From contig CM060731.1 of the NCBI GenBank assembly GCA_030704615.1, positions 90,272,001 to 90,336,000 of the forward strand: a DNA stretch of 64,000 nt, in the 5' to 3' direction. Both the position numbers and the translations under genes were made by a program. Shown piece by piece: positions 25,101 through 38,299 of this stretch. The notes beneath the pieces are model-generated. The model made no database searches, was not told the DNA's origin, and was given only the letters and a program-made list of their open reading frames with translations. The stretch is from Takakia lepidozioides. Lineage: Eukaryota; Plantae; Bryophyta. Position 1 is the stretch's first letter. Every line of letters begins with the position of its first letter.

Positions 25101-25732
25101 CAATTCCTCACTAACACTCCAGGGCACATTTAAATTTCCCCCCTACAGGAAACTGCACGGATGAAGATTGGCTGCTCCATGAATGTAGCCGTTTCAGTTT
25201 CCTTCCGTGCCATGCAAACTATGGGCAATAAGTGCCAGGTGGGCCTATAGCCACTCGAGACGACGAAGTCCATCCCCCCTTCGATGTAAATGCGGCGCCG
25301 AATTTCCATCCGGGAGAGCAGAGTCGTAAGTGTCGAAAAAAACATGAGCATGACTATTTTTCAGAAATGAGTGTCCGCGGGAATAGGGTTCAGGGTGTCA
25401 CGGTCATAGGGGGAGAAGGACCTCCCGATGAAGGAGGTTTGGCAATGTTTTTTAGAACTACATATTGAAAGGCAATGTTTCGCGAATGGTAGGGTGGTAC
25501 TGCTCTGTACAATGGGGGCCCATTTCAGCCTACCAGCCACTTGCAAAATCCACCCACACTCCCAATCCCAAAACGAAATGAGGAATGATGCATTCTGGGA
25601 ACGATGGATACAGAATAGAACAAAAAGAGGGCACAATGAGGTTTTTATTGATCCACATTAATTGCATTTGAAGCATGTCTACTGTGCTGATTGTGCAAGC
25701 AAATCTTTAGCCCTGTGCCTTCTGAATACAAG

Positions 25733-26056
25733 TCAAGTTGTCAATGGGACTTCGACTGCTCTGAAAACTAGCTCATGAGTCATCGGGCTCCTCCAGGTAA
25801 ACTGGATTGCAGCCGTTGTACCGCCCCTGTTGATGTTCACCACAATGTCGTGCCCTTCAATCATACCACCATCGAATATGGAAAGCTTCACGTTTTCGTC
25901 GTCCACACCAATGCGAATGTCCCCATACAATGGAGAAGAGGAGCGCACTCCTTCAGGAGTATACGTCTCTCCGATGGAGTCCACCCACGTCCACTGGCAG
26001 CAGTTCCACCGCAACAGCATAGCAGTGCACATACTTCTGTATGGGTGCCCCTCGTA
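25733..26056 (-). pseudogene. WNCC family copy 2, 3' half (5' half at 33275-33770)
   Basis: YEGHPYRSMCTAMLLRWNCCQWTW..FDGGMIEGHDIVV..ELVFRAVEVP continues in frame from WLLRILDSDFPSYDG once element B is removed. Confidence 0.85.
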
Positions 26057-26289
26057 GGGGGTTGCTATTCCATGAGCTCATGAGCGGGCATGGCTCACCC
26101 ATGAGCCGCAAAGTAACACACTTCGAATTTCGGCAGATTTTTTTCAGGCCCAAAACTATAAAATAATCAAAAATCGAAGATTTCCGCGCTCATGCTGGAA
26201 GCACTCCGCTCATGAGTACCAGTGTACGCTCATGACTTGGAGCCCAGGCTCATGGACCGCTAGGCCAGGTCATAGAAAAACTGAATTCT

Positions 26290-26750
26290 GGGCAATAACG
26301 GCACCGAAATTATCCCAGAGGCAGAGACGCAAGCGGAATTAGGATCCGGGTTTGCAGACTCCGAAAACGCAATGGCGACCTATAACCGTGGATAGTACTG
26401 TTGCAGAAGTGCATGATGGTTGGGTATAACGGCGCCGTAATTGGGCACAGGAAAAGAAATAGCCGGCTGAAGGCTCGGGAGTGAAGCCAACAACGGTGAA
26501 AGTAATTGGGCTCCACCAACCAAATACCCGGAGTGCAGGTGATAACGGCGCCGAAATGGGCCCCGAAAACCAAATACTCGGTTGAAGCCACCGGAGTGCA
26601 GCCGATAACGGCGCCGAAATTGGGTCCAGAAACCAAATACCCGGCTGAAGGCTAGGGATTGCAACCAATAACGGCGCCGAAATTGACCTGCGGAAACAAA
26701 ATTCTCGGCTCAAGCTTCCGCACTCCATCCAATAACGGCGCCAAATTGGG
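26290..26750 (+). repeat. Subterminal tandem repeats with ATAACGGCGCCGAAAT core
   Basis: Six or more copies, mostly at about 65 bp spacing; the same motif occurs near the right end at about 33110. Confidence 0.85.
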
Positions 26751-26865
26751 CTCCGGAGAGCAAATACCCGCCTTACGGTAAGGGAGGCCTTGCTCTCATT
26801 TTGCTCTTCACTCTTCTCTGTTGTGCCCATCTCCTCCCTGCTTTGAGTTGTGCTATGTCGTGAGG

Positions 26866-27417
26866 CCATGTCGTGCCGAATCACATCTATCGACGCCAGA
26901 CGGGAGTCATTTTCCGAAAGCACACGACATCATTGTTTTCCTGGATGTTTACAGGGACGATCCTCGACTTGTCCAGCTGAGAGCAATGGAGTTTCTTCCA
27001 GGATTGCACGATTCTCCTGGACCCCGGCTGGGGAGCAGGTGGTTCCTGGCATCATGGACCTGGACTTTCCGCATGAGTGGGAGCCGAACAGATCACGCAC
27101 AGCGTTGCTGTATCGGCTGGAATTGTTGCGAGTGGACGTATGATGAGTGCATAGGTGAAAACTTTACGCGTGGACGGACTGGCTCGGAAAGTGGGGACAT
27201 TCTCTTCAGTTATGAGGATGAGGAGGAGGGGAACACAGGGCCCACTGTGAAAATGTCCTTCTACCAAGGGGGCGCTATCGATAAACACGACATCCTCGTT
27301 AGTTTCAACCGGGCGACAGAAACCACTGACATTTTGTTCAAATATAGGCACCCGGTCACTCAGGAGGTCCTTGAGAGGCCAGTTAGAGTTCCGTCTTCTT
27401 GGGCGAGGGGACCATAG
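26866..27417 (+). CDS. WNCC family copy 3 (element B), frameshifted
   Basis: DIIVFLDVY..LRAMEFLPG..IMDLDFP..WNCCEWT..FYQGGAIDKHDILV..EVLERPVRVP. Confidence 0.75.
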   Translation, partial: PCRAESHLSTPDGSHFPKAHDIIVFLDVYRDDPRLVQLRAMEFLPGLHDSPGPRLGSRWFLASWTWTFRMSGSRTDHAQRCCIGWNCCEWTYDECIGENFTRGRTGSESGDILFSYEDEEEGNTGPTVKMSFYQGGAIDKHDILVSFNRATETTDILFKYRHPVTQEVLERPVRVPSSWARGP

Positions 27418-28099
27418 GTCTTGCATGCTAGAGTAGACATGTTTCGACTCGCCGACACTCATGGCACATACATTTTCATTCAGAAATCAAGCAGCTTCCC
27501 TGTGCCATATGGGGAATATACATGCTTGGATAATCTTCTGTTAAGGTTTTTTGCAATTCACTGCCAGTATGCTGGGATGTGTCATTTGTCGTATGGATTG
27601 CTGTTTGCACAAGGTGCAGTATGCAAATGCTGGAATGTGCAGTAGGACCCTTCCCACTGGGACACAGAACTAGCAATCTTGTAAAGGCATCACATTTGCA
27701 GAACAGTAACAATGTATTTGTAGCAAATTGGAGTCTTCTCATAAAAGTGGACGAAAACACCAGGATGGGATGCGAAATCACTACAAATTGAATGAAGAGC
27801 AGTAACAAGGAAGCACTATGCAGTACATAGACCATAAACGGCGCTGAAATAGGCCTCAATGCCCGTTAATCTCCACACAATGTATGCTTTACTCGGATCC
27901 ATTTGTAGACAACCAAAATAAAAAAAACATGCGCATGCCATTCATGGCCAAAAACCACATTCTCATGTATTGCGGCACCGAAATTCACATGTGGCCATGG
28001 CGATGCGGCACCACCAAGTGTATAATTCCTCACAAAAAAATAGGGTGCAAGAAGATGAATGTAATATAATTGCCACTTCTCCTTCCCGAATGTGGAATG

Positions 28100-28720
28100 T
28101 CAAGCAGTCCGACCAGTGTCCTGCCGTAGGGCCTTGTGCAGCTCGTTGAAACTCAGTGTTGGAGATGGATGAAGACGTCCACTGCGGATATGCAACTCAT
28201 GCGCTTCAGAAAAATGTAATAAAGGTGTTTGCAGGGGACGTATGCTGCATTTCTTCGATTCCATAACAAGGAAGTCCTCACAGTTGCAAGCTGGGTACTG
28301 TGAAAACCGTGATTGTATACACGACACTGCGCGCAGCAGACCCGGCTGTTGACAACTGAAATATGCGCCCCATCCTGGGGTGAGGAACATCCCTGCAACC
28401 TTTGCACTATGCAGGGCATTGCAAAGAGCGTTGGCCATCCTGGTGTCGTTCGCCTTTGTTGGTGGCCGTTGTCTTTTCAGTTCCCCCACCGATGGGTGGG
28501 CCAAGCTGCGGGGTCACCCACCGGTATGCGGGGCGAAGAGCATCTCGTGGGAGGAGGAGGACGACTGGGAATTGGATTTCGTGGAACGTATTTAGCTTTC
28601 AGAGAATCAGGATGGAAGTACACGTTTACCCAAACACGGAGTCCATGTTGAAGACGGGACCTCTCGGTAGCGCTCCGCAGCGAAGTCCTGCAGTGAGAAG
28701 AGTGTGTCCTACCTAATAAC
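28100..28720 (-). pseudogene. C-terminal SWIM zinc-finger part of a MULE transposase (element B)
   Basis: HPTHRWG..PGWG..YPACNCEDF..YVPCKHLYYIF..FIH.PTLSFNEL; homologous to 38300-38720 and 50700-51060. Confidence 0.75.
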
Positions 28721-28894
28721 ACAAATGATTTTCTGGAGGATTCCGCATCCAACAGGATGGGTGATCGGTGCACGTAAAGATGAAGGTATGTAACGTACGT
28801 TACAAAACGGACGACAATAGCAAGTTCACATCGGATATTTGGTGCCTGAATTGTAATGTACAACCACTTGGGCTACAATAAATCAGGCCTTCCC

Positions 28895-30440
28895 ATGAAT
28901 TTCGGCACCGAAATCTGGATGAACATCTCTGTCATGTAACAACTTTGAAGCCAGGGGATGAATTCCGCGACAGAAATAGTAATTTGTTCACCTCATGAAA
29001 CTAACCAAGCACCCAACGGATGGATTTCGGTGCCGAAATTCGGATGAACATCTTCTTCATCAAATTGTTTCTGCAGGGTTGAATTTGGATGCCAAAATAC
29101 GGATGAATGTGTTCCTGATTATAGTCGTGATTCACCACGTGTCCGGATATCGGTGCTGACATCCGAATGACAGTAATCCTGAATCGGCAGAATGGATGTA
29201 TTTCGGCCCCGAAATTCATTCTTCATCTCCTTTTTTCCGACCCTAATTCTGCTGCCCTGCGGATGGATTTCAGTGCCAAATTCATCTGATTTTTTTTTTT
29301 TTTTTTTTTCTTTGCGACAGATGAACTTCGGCGCCGAATCTCATCCAAGTACTCCCTTCTAATTTTTTTTTTTTTTTTTATTCGGCGCCGAAATTCAGCA
29401 ATGAATTTTCTTCGAAATTCATCCGAAGTCTTTTTTTTTTTTTTCTTCGCGAGCAATGAATTTCGGCGCCAAATTCAACCAACTCCATCCCTCCAAATTC
29501 AGGGTGAGCTTCGGCGCCGAAATTCATCCAATGCCCCCCTCCAATATTTATTTTTCTTTGAAATGGATGAATTTCGGCGCCGAAATTCATCCTTACTGTC
29601 CGCAAAGTAACTCTAATATTACATTTTCTATGCGACGGATGAATTTTGGCGCCGAAATTCGTCCAAACCCGACACTTATTATTTGCTTCTAGATGATATA
29701 ATTTTCGGTAAATCGTTGGAAATACCCCGTTCCGACGAAGATAACAGGAATATTCTGCATTTAATGGAGAAATCGGCATATTGAACCCTTCTATCAAAAT
29801 TAATTGCATTTTAGCCGTTTTTTTCCTTTGAAACCGAGTATCCATTAAGTGGTCTTTTTCGCACGGGACGTTGCCGCACATAAAGTATAATTTCGGCGCC
29901 GAAATTATAGTTAAATGTCCAGAAATGCAAGTCCAACAGGCATGGACAGCATCCGTCAGGGGTAATGATGGCGGCAAAGCATAGCATGGTGCCGATTTAG
30001 TCTTCGCTCTGGATGAATTTCGGCGCCGAAATATGGATGATTTCACCTCGTCTACGCGCGGACGGAGATATTCGTAATGAATTTGGGCGCCGAAATATGG
30101 ATGAAATGTGCCCAAGTGCAGCCGTTTCCACTGTCCCGGAATTAATTCCGGCTCCGATATCCCACTGACAGGTTTGCTCATGACGAATGAGGACTTGGGA
30201 AGCGATGAATTGCGGCGCCGAAATTTGTAAGTTTGTGTACGAAAGCACTTGAATAGGATGAATTTTGGCGCCGAAATTCATCCGTCCGCTGATGAAACGT
30301 ACCGGCCTGACTGTTGAATGTCATAGGCAGGGGATTTTCATGGCGGTTGGGTTTCATGATGTGCAGATATTTCATTCAATGTCGGCTGCTCCGGGAACAG
30401 CATCCGGTGAACGGAAGGGTATTTCGGTGCCGCAATTCGG
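28895..30440. repeat. Array of about 20 palindromes (GATG)AATTT-CGGCGCCG-AAATT(CATC) (element B)
   Basis: Perfect copy GGATGAATTTCGGCGCCGAAATTCATCC at about 29565-29592 and many variants. Confidence 0.95.
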
Positions 30441-30951
30441 ATAAACCGTCTTGTACTGGTGGCTGGAACTGGCACGCGTCGTGTTCCAGTCGACTTCATC
30501 CGTGCAAACGTGTCAGGGGTCACAATCTCTTCATCACTCATACGGCAGAAAGTGGTGGACGGTGGCAACGCTTCGGGAGACGTGGCTGCTTACACATCTG
30601 CTCGTGCATAGTGGTTGCATGTTCCACCGCTTCGCTCTCTCGCTCCTTGCCCTTCTGCAGTGACATTCTCCTGCGTTTCCTCTCCTTATGCGGCATAGTG
30701 GTAGCATAGAGTTTGTGGAAGGTCAGGCAACTCCGGCAAAGAGAAGGAGGACGCGGGATTTTGGGAAGCCGCCGACGACACGACTTAAGCTCCGTCTCAT
30801 GCATGAAATGCAGACCTCGTTATCCGGAGACTCGGATCGCCCACCAGTGAGAGATTCGTGCTTTGCGGATATGAAGCACTCCATACGCAATATTCCTTTT
30901 ACACCTTTTTTTTTGCGCAGTGTCTCATGTTTTCCTGTTTGTTTGTTTGAC

Positions 30952-32730
30952 ATGGGAGCTGGGGAGGGATCGCAGGGGGGCGAAGCAACACAGTCAACTT
31001 TGGATACTCCTGGGTGCTGCGCTCGCAAGGTGGAAGTGCATCGAGGCAGGCGAGTCCTCATTCAACACCTCAGATATCGCCTCAGAAAAGCCCACCTAGA
31101 GTTCGGAAGTCGAGGAAGCAGAAGGAGCCCATGGCTTCGCCAGTAAAACCCCTAGGGAGACTGGAAGCGGAGATATTGGGTTTGCAGTCAATTTCAAAAA
31201 ACACGAATGCGGTGGAGGGCCGCTGGAGATGTGGGAGTTGGATCTGCAGAAGGGCGGCCCATTGAGCTGACAGAAGGAGAGGACGACAACGTGGTACGAC
31301 TTGGCGACGATCAGAACCTGGGAGCTTGCGGAGAAGCAAAACCTCCAGGACATTTCCTTCTCTGCAGACTCTTATCTTTCAGGCATTTTGCTTCGTGAAG
31401 AAACATTAAAATTCAAATTACGTGAAACAGGAAGACTTGTTGATTCCACAGTTGATCCACTGGAGTATAACGTCCTGTTCAACCATGTGGGAGAGAAGGA
31501 CATTCTTTGTGATTTGTCGGGCAAGCCATGGAGGTATGGCAGGACCAGGAGTCCTGCATTCATCCCAGACGCTCATGGAAACATGTACGGATGTTGAAGG
31601 CAAGGTCCTCGACATCACTGCAAATACAGGTGAGAACGTTAATTGAATGCGGCACCAAAATTGACACCATTTCCGTTTGTGTATGTTTGCTTGTGCGAGG
31701 AAGCGACTCATTCTTGAGTTTGGTTGTGGTTGTGTCGTATGAATTTGCAGGTGCCTATATGTGGGCGGGAAGGATGTCGAACCGATTTGTGTTCTCATTT
31801 GAGGGGGATACGGCCTTGTACGATTACAATTTGGCGGGCCTTCAGCGTTTGCCTCCGACTGAGGATCCCAAAAACGCAGAAGATGACGTGGAAGGGGAGG
31901 AGGAAGATGAAGAGGAGGAAGTCCAGGAAATTCGTTCGATGCAGGGGCGCCCGAAGCCGCTTCCCCCAATGCCTGTCTTCGAGTGAGTTGCACCATAGTA
32001 AGTGTATTGGTTTCGGTTGTAGGGACCATGCAACCTGCCGATGATTCCCTGTTTGAATTCTCTAATGTACTTCATTCTATGTTTGTGCGTACACTCAGCC
32101 TTGCAGAGTCGTCCGACGAGGAGAAGCTGGGAGACTTGCCCGAATCGGACCCTGTTGCAGAGGAGGAGACAGAATCGCATCGGCCATTCTTTGCCAGAAA
32201 ATCGTTTCTCGCGAGTCCCCAGAAGCCTTTTTTTCTACCAGCCTATGCAGACACGGCTGCCAGAGAAGCCATCAGGAGGGAGGATAGGCCTACTCGGTTA
32301 GAGCAATTGACATACGGGAATGAGCAGAATTATAATGAGGCGTGAGGCCAAACATAGAATTGTGAAAGGCAGAGTAGGGAAGTTCGTAATAGAATCCGCG
32401 TCCGAGAGCGAGGGGAATGTTGAGGACACTTCCGCACCCAGGTGGACAGTTCCGGCTGGTGAGGATGGTATTTTTGAGGGGAGGGCTTCTCAGAGTAACA
32501 GCGGTAGCGACAGTGCAGGTTCGGAGGCAGGTGGAAGGCAGCCATCCTTGCATGAGGCCGGGGATGCATTGGACAGTGATAGCGGATCCTCACATAGCAA
32601 AGTCTCATTTGGATCCTTTTGTTTGTACAGTTCTGAAACACTTAATGAAAATATTGACGATTTGAAAAATCATTGTGTTCAGACTGCTTGTCCGATTCCC
32701 TACATTTCTTCCGCCAACCAAAATGTATAA
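30952..32730 (+). pseudogene. Shortened MTase-like gene of element B (SAM-binding half only)
   Basis: DPLEYNVLFNHV..PWRYGRTRSPAFI.TLMETCTDVEGKVLDITANT/GAYMWAGRMSNRFVFSFEGD and the conserved tail LPAYA..WTVPAGEDGIFE; no DIPD or ParB segment seen. Confidence 0.7.
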
Positions 32731-33274
32731 TAAAAGCAGAAGAGACGCAAACTTCAGTGAAGAACCCTACAAGTAATTTATGCACACCATCGAGCCGAGA
32801 ACTTGAAGCCATGAAAACCCTGCCGTTTCTAACATTCCTATTGGGAAATTTGGGCCCGAAATAGCCCAATGCGCGCCTTCGTTATATGGGCCTCAAAAAT
32901 TCCGCGGATGAATTACTGTACCAAAATATCGCGATGGAAGCCTTCAACACAAGGCACTTCAGCACATTCCACTTGGGTATTTCAGCGCCCAAATAGCCCG
33001 TTCTGCGCCATTAAATACCGCACTATATCACATTTTAAGAGGTAATTTCGGTGCCGAAATACCCCGGTGGATGTCTTCAAAACACCATTTTAGCACACTG
33101 CTCTTGGGAATAACGGCGCCGAAATACCTCATTCCGCATCCTGGACCAGGAGAAACAGACCCTATTACCGAGGTAAGAGGACATAACACCGTCAATAAAG
33201 GCAGGAAAATTCCAATTCCGCGGATGTCCGCTCATGAGCTCATAGGCTCATGGGCTCATGAAATAGTAAACCTC

Positions 33275-33770
33275 CCCGTCGTAGCTGGGAAAATCGGAAT
33301 CAAGGATGCGCAGGAGCCACGAACTCCTCAGACCAAGATCGTCACCCCGTTCGAAGGCGTAGTGGCCTAGGATATACTCAAAAGTGGACAATGTTTCCAC
33401 ATTCGAACTAGTATCTTCTGTGTAAACTGTGTACCAGATAACGATGTCTCCCGATGTGGCCGAATACATTGCATAATCGAAGCCTCCATAAGGGCAGTCG
33501 TCCTGGTTCTGGAAGCACGGCATCCTTGCAAAGGAGGACCTAAGGACGTCTTTGATGCCGATGACAATGACCTTGCAGACAGCAACGAAGCCCTTAGATT
33601 TTCGAAATGATGAGAAGCGGAAGAGCAGTGCGGGCTCCAATAATGGAGCATCTGGGTCCCACGTACCCACCAATCATCGTGTAACGTGGTCATCACGCCA
33701 GCGGTGGATGAACCGATACCTCTTTCTCATCCACGGGGTATAGTTTGAAATCTGCAACCGAAGTCCATCA
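33275..33770 (-). pseudogene. WNCC family copy 2, 5' half
   Basis: ORF 33248..33673: SFARMPC..DCPYGGFDYAMY..WLLRILDSDFPSYDG up to the element B TSD. Confidence 0.85.
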
Positions 33771-33802
33771 TGGCTCATGCCGCTCATGGCTCATGAAATA
33801 GC

Positions 33803-33837
<35 letters not shown>

Positions 33838-33841
33838 ATTA

Positions 33842-35535
33842 TCTGCCCTAGGCGTCGGGCATCCCATATCTACACACTTAATGGTCACTTCACCGGCTCC
33901 ATCTCCAATGTCAGGCTTGCCTGGCTCTGGGACAAATATGATGCCTCCTCAACTGATGCCACCTCCCTACAGCCCCCAAAACAATACTTCGCCACTGAGG
34001 TCTGCTGGCTTGTTGACCGATATTTACGCAAGACCCCCACCAAAAAACCCCACACCCCCGACAAACTAGCTCAAGCATATACCCATAGCACTATACCCTC
34101 CGACATCCTCAAATTCCTCATCTCTACATTCCAGCTTACCCACTCCTACTACTCCAACCCACTTACATGCCCCCTTGAGCTTTCTTCTTACGCCAGTCCG
34201 CACCCCCGAGACTGTGTATTCGGAGCCTTCGGCCCTGCTACCCGACACTCTTGGTCAGGAGGTGGCCTTGTGCACCCACCTCCCGGGCCCCTCACGCATG
34301 AAGCTCTTCTATGGGTGCGCCTTGCCGCCCACTCCTCTTCCTCCGCCTCCACTATTCTCATTATTACACAACAAAACTCACCTGACCACCAACACCCCCT
34401 TCTATAACTCTCCCCAGAAGTGATACCATTAGCCGCTATTGAACCCAACCATCTTCACTACACAGACAACCCACCATTCCAAAATACCTCCGCCACAAAG
34501 AAACTACTCTGACCCTATTTCTCCTTGTCCAAGCTACCTCATGCCCCCCCGTACCCACCGATTTCTCCATGCATCTCACTCGTCTACTTTCCGATACCCA
34601 TAGCATGTTACTCACCCCATACTCACCTCCTCCAACATGCAACCCTACCGCCAGACCACCCACTAAGCTAAAAGCATGGACCTTAGCGCCCCCCCCCCCC
34701 CCCCCCCCCCCCCCTGTCCATTCCCATTACACAGACGGGTCCCAATTTGGCTCCCGCGCCGGATATGGCGTCTACCATGCCGCTACTAACAAGGGAACCG
34801 CTCATGGCCTCCCAGGCCCTGCGACCATACTCCGCGCCAAACTTATGGCCATTTTTGAAGCTCTGTCACAACTAACCTCGTTCCCACCCCCATACTACCT
34901 CTTCATGGATAGCCTAAATTCTCTCTTTATTCTTCGCGCACCACTTGGCTTGTCCCTCCTCCCACCTCCACCACCCCGACCGAAACCTTATCACCGCCAT
35001 TATCAACCTAGCCATCTCCATCAATCAACCTCTTCATTTTCTCAAAGTTCGTTCACACACAGGTATCCACGACAACGAGGAGGCTGACCTCTTCGCCCAA
35101 CTGGGTGCCTCCCAACCTCTAGTTGAACCCTCAGATGACCCCATACACATCGCTCATACTCACCCCTTCTGGCTAATACACCCAATCCCTGGCCCCCCAG
35201 AGTCCAGACCCATCCAAAATCTCCTGACTTCCCTGACTAAAGAAGCCAATAAACAGGCATCTACCTCTCTCAGCGATACCAAACTGCATATCCAAAAATG
35301 GACCCTCTCCGATGTACTCCACCACAAACTCTCCAACCACTTTTGGCACACCAAAGCTGCATCAGACGCACAAATATGACAAACCCTTAAATTCCGATAC
35401 GCCCAGTACATGGGCCACCAACGCAAACACACCTTCTGGCCAACCGTATACCCCTCACCAAACTGCCCTCTGTGCTCCCACATCCATGCCACATGTGATA
35501 CCTGGCTCCACCTTCTTAGCAAATGCCCCCACCCC
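33842..35535 (+). mobile_element. LINE 3' part: RNase H domain and C-terminal zinc knuckle, degenerate
   Basis: HYTDGSQ..AGYGVY..RAKLMAI..MDSLNSL..FLKVRSHTGIHDNEEAD (RNase H) and CPLC..DTWLHLLSKC. Confidence 0.85.
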
Positions 35536-36990
35536 TGTGGATTAATGAGCTAGGTTGTAATCTCTTTGGGCCATAGAGGATCTGGTTTATGGGGGCTGCC
35601 TCGGCGGGTTTGGGACTCTAAGGACATGGTGGCCTTGAATGTTATGGCGGCAGCCTGATAAGGCACCGACCTGCTCCTTTTCGGGCCTGTTTTTGGTGTG
35701 CGATGTATCATAGTGAGGTGTTCTTTGCAAGCTTTAGCATGGACCTCTTGAAGGATGAGGATGGTAAGCTGCAATGGAATCCTACCTATAGTTTTGGCCT
35801 TGTCATGACATCAGGCCTATGACATGCAATCTGAGTTTTTTATGTGCCAAAGAGGCTGGATCTCGGTTGTTCAAGTTGCTTGTGTGTACAAGTCTTGAAG
35901 TTGCAATTTGACAGGCTGAATTCACATTCCCTTGACACCTTGTATGATTACATGTCTCGGGGTGAGTACAAATGGTATGGAATCTATTTCATCATGCCCA
36001 AGTAGGATTGCTTGGAGGCATGTTTTGATTCTGAAAAATTGCAGGCTGGTCCTTATGCCTTGCTTGATGCATGATAAGGTAGGCTGCTGCTAATTATTTT
36101 GTCATACCCAAGATGTTTGCTTGAAGAGCATGTCTTGAATCTGTAATATTGCAGGCTGGTTTCACATACCCAAGATGTTTTGCTCTATGCACGTCTTGTT
36201 GTAATTGTGATGCCAAGAAAGGGTATGACAGGCTGCAACAATCTATTTTTTCAAAACACAAGATGCTTGCTTATATGCTTGTCTTGTTGTCATGACCTGT
36301 ACATGAACAAACCCCGCCCTCCCACCCTGTTTTATCAAGAATGATTGGGTGATGTCAATTCATGGGAAGCTATGACAAGAATGGAAATGTTAGATGGTGC
36401 CCTATTTTGGGCTGTTTATGTCTTTAATTGACAATGACCCTAGTAGGGTCTTGTCCATGTCTTGACATGACATGAATATCTTCCCACTCTTCCTTTTCCA
36501 GTGTACTTGGTGGTTCTTGTACACACCATCTACCACTTTCCTTTCTGGTTATTTCTTCATCATGTTGATATACTAATATGGTTTGTTGCTGGCCTGGCAG
36601 AAGGTCCCTCCATGACAAAGATATGGAGCAATGACCTTCGTAAGGTATGTCCTCCAGCAAAAACTTGTTGGTGAATTTGGGCACGGAGGTCTTTGAGATA
36701 AACATAGTGCTTTTGAGGTTTATCTTCATACCGATATATTGAGCTAGGCCCAGGTAAAACCACGTGCAGGAGTATGTGTACACCTTCTACATGATCCGGT
36801 CAATGCACACTACTCGTGTTAGATGGATTCGTGTAGCTGATGCCTTGTATCAGTTTTAGATACTCTTTGGCTCATATGCTTTCATACCTCTCTACAAGTG
36901 GCTTTGCTCTATGTAGCACCACTAAATAAATATGCATATGTAATATGCTATGTGCTTATCATACCTTTGGAAAAACTGGCTTTAAAACCA
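35535..36990 (-). repeat. Dispersed repeat homologous to 63-1097 (inverted) and 6130-6760 (direct)
   Basis: Direct sequence matches as described for those regions. Confidence 0.85.
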
Positions 36991-37059
36991 GGATGGTGTA
37001 TAGATGGGCAGCAGGTTGCTACCATCCTACCTTACACTTGTTTGTGATCCATGACAACA

Positions 37060-37872
37060 GAATCTTCTTTCTTGACATGAGAGGATGAGGAAGCAGACCG
37101 AGTGCCCTTGAACGAAGAGGAGATGCTTGACCTGTTGAAGTCCGTCTCGCACGTTTGTAATCCGAATGTGCGGAATCACATCGTATCTTGCAAGCAGGAG
37201 TTCGGCCGGGGGTCGGACATGCACTCAATCCTGGAGGTGAAACGAAGGACTGGATATGAGTACATCCAACGTAGCAGGTTTCTAGGGCAAGGCAGCGAAT
37301 CCGATCGTTGTTACATTTTTAAAATGTCGACCTGTGGGCCTAGGAGTGGAGTCGACTTGGTCACTCGCATGACAACTGGAAACTTGTCAAATGCTTGGGT
37401 GATGTTTGACCACATCAAGCGAATTACAAACCATCAGTGGGTGACTATGGGTGCGCATGTTTATGACTATCACTCCAAGAGGCTCATGAGGATTGCAATC
37501 TGCGAGATGAAAGGGGAGGACACACAGTCGGAGATGCATCTGTGGGAGGGCATAAACGAGTAGATGGCAAGGGCGGGTTTGCCAGAGCCCAATTTCAGGG
37601 GATTTATGGCAGACAACGCTCAGGCCAACTGGGCAGCAGTGCGGCGTGTGTATGGTGAGGACCCCAATGTTCCAATGGAGGGGAAAGAGAGATCCTGTGG
37701 ATTCCATTGGATGCAGAGTCTATCTCACTACACTACCAAATTTGTTGCTAGCTCATTCCAGGCTGAACACCGTGTCGTTTGTACGGCGTGGAAGGATGCA
37801 CCCACATTTGATGACGCGGAGGTTAAGTTTGCCATCATTGAGGCTTGGTGGAACACGTCAGGTGCAGTGGAG
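37060..37872 (+). pseudogene. Element A MULE transposase, catalytic 5' segment (N-terminus missing, internal stop at 37561)
   Basis: WVMFDHIKR, FMADNAQAN and CGFHWMQSL (first two D residues and CxxH of MULE DDE); interrupted at AWWNTSGAVE by element C1. Confidence 0.85.
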
Positions 37873-38299
37873 GAGCGTAGCTACGGCGTGAGCCCAGCCC
37901 CGTGAGCCTGGGAGCTGAGCTCACGTTCAAGCTACAAAGCGTGAGCTGAGCTCACGCTTCAGGGAAGCGTGAGCGGCACGAATCTGCTGGAGAAGAAGGT
38001 CCTATAGGCGAGGATTGCAGGAAGAGGGCCTATTACCGTGGACAAAACAAAGGGGGCCAACACACACCATGTCTGCAATGCCCGCTCAAAAACAGAAATA
38101 TGAAAACATGGCAGATTTGAGCTCAGAATGATTGTCACAGTTTATTTCAATTCACAGATAGACGCTTACAATGAATTGCATGTGCATTTGCCCTGGTTCC
38201 GTAAACGAAATCCATATGTTTGTCAGAAATGCAAAGTCTTCACACGGCAACCTGCAAACCAGCATGGGAAGCGGGCATGGCTCGTATGTGTTCAAAGAG

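Larger units (their letters stand above)
26057..33274. mobile_element. MULE element B (7.2 kb, non-autonomous), nested in element A
   Basis: Left end GGGGGTTGCTATTCCATGAGC, right end GCTCATGAAATAGTAAACCTC; 9-bp TSD CCCCTCGTA (26048-26056) vs CCCGTCGTA (33275-33283), one mismatch; interrupts a gene that is restored in frame on removal. Confidence 0.9.
19618..33809 (+). mobile_element. MULE element A, cargo-bearing half (contains nested element B)
   Basis: Terminus GCTCATGAAATAGCACCCCCC at about 33809, then a C-run and TSD CCCCCATTA (33833-33841); carries an MTase-like gene, a GGAAATGCG-N4-CGCATTTCC array and two orphan genes. Confidence 0.8.
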
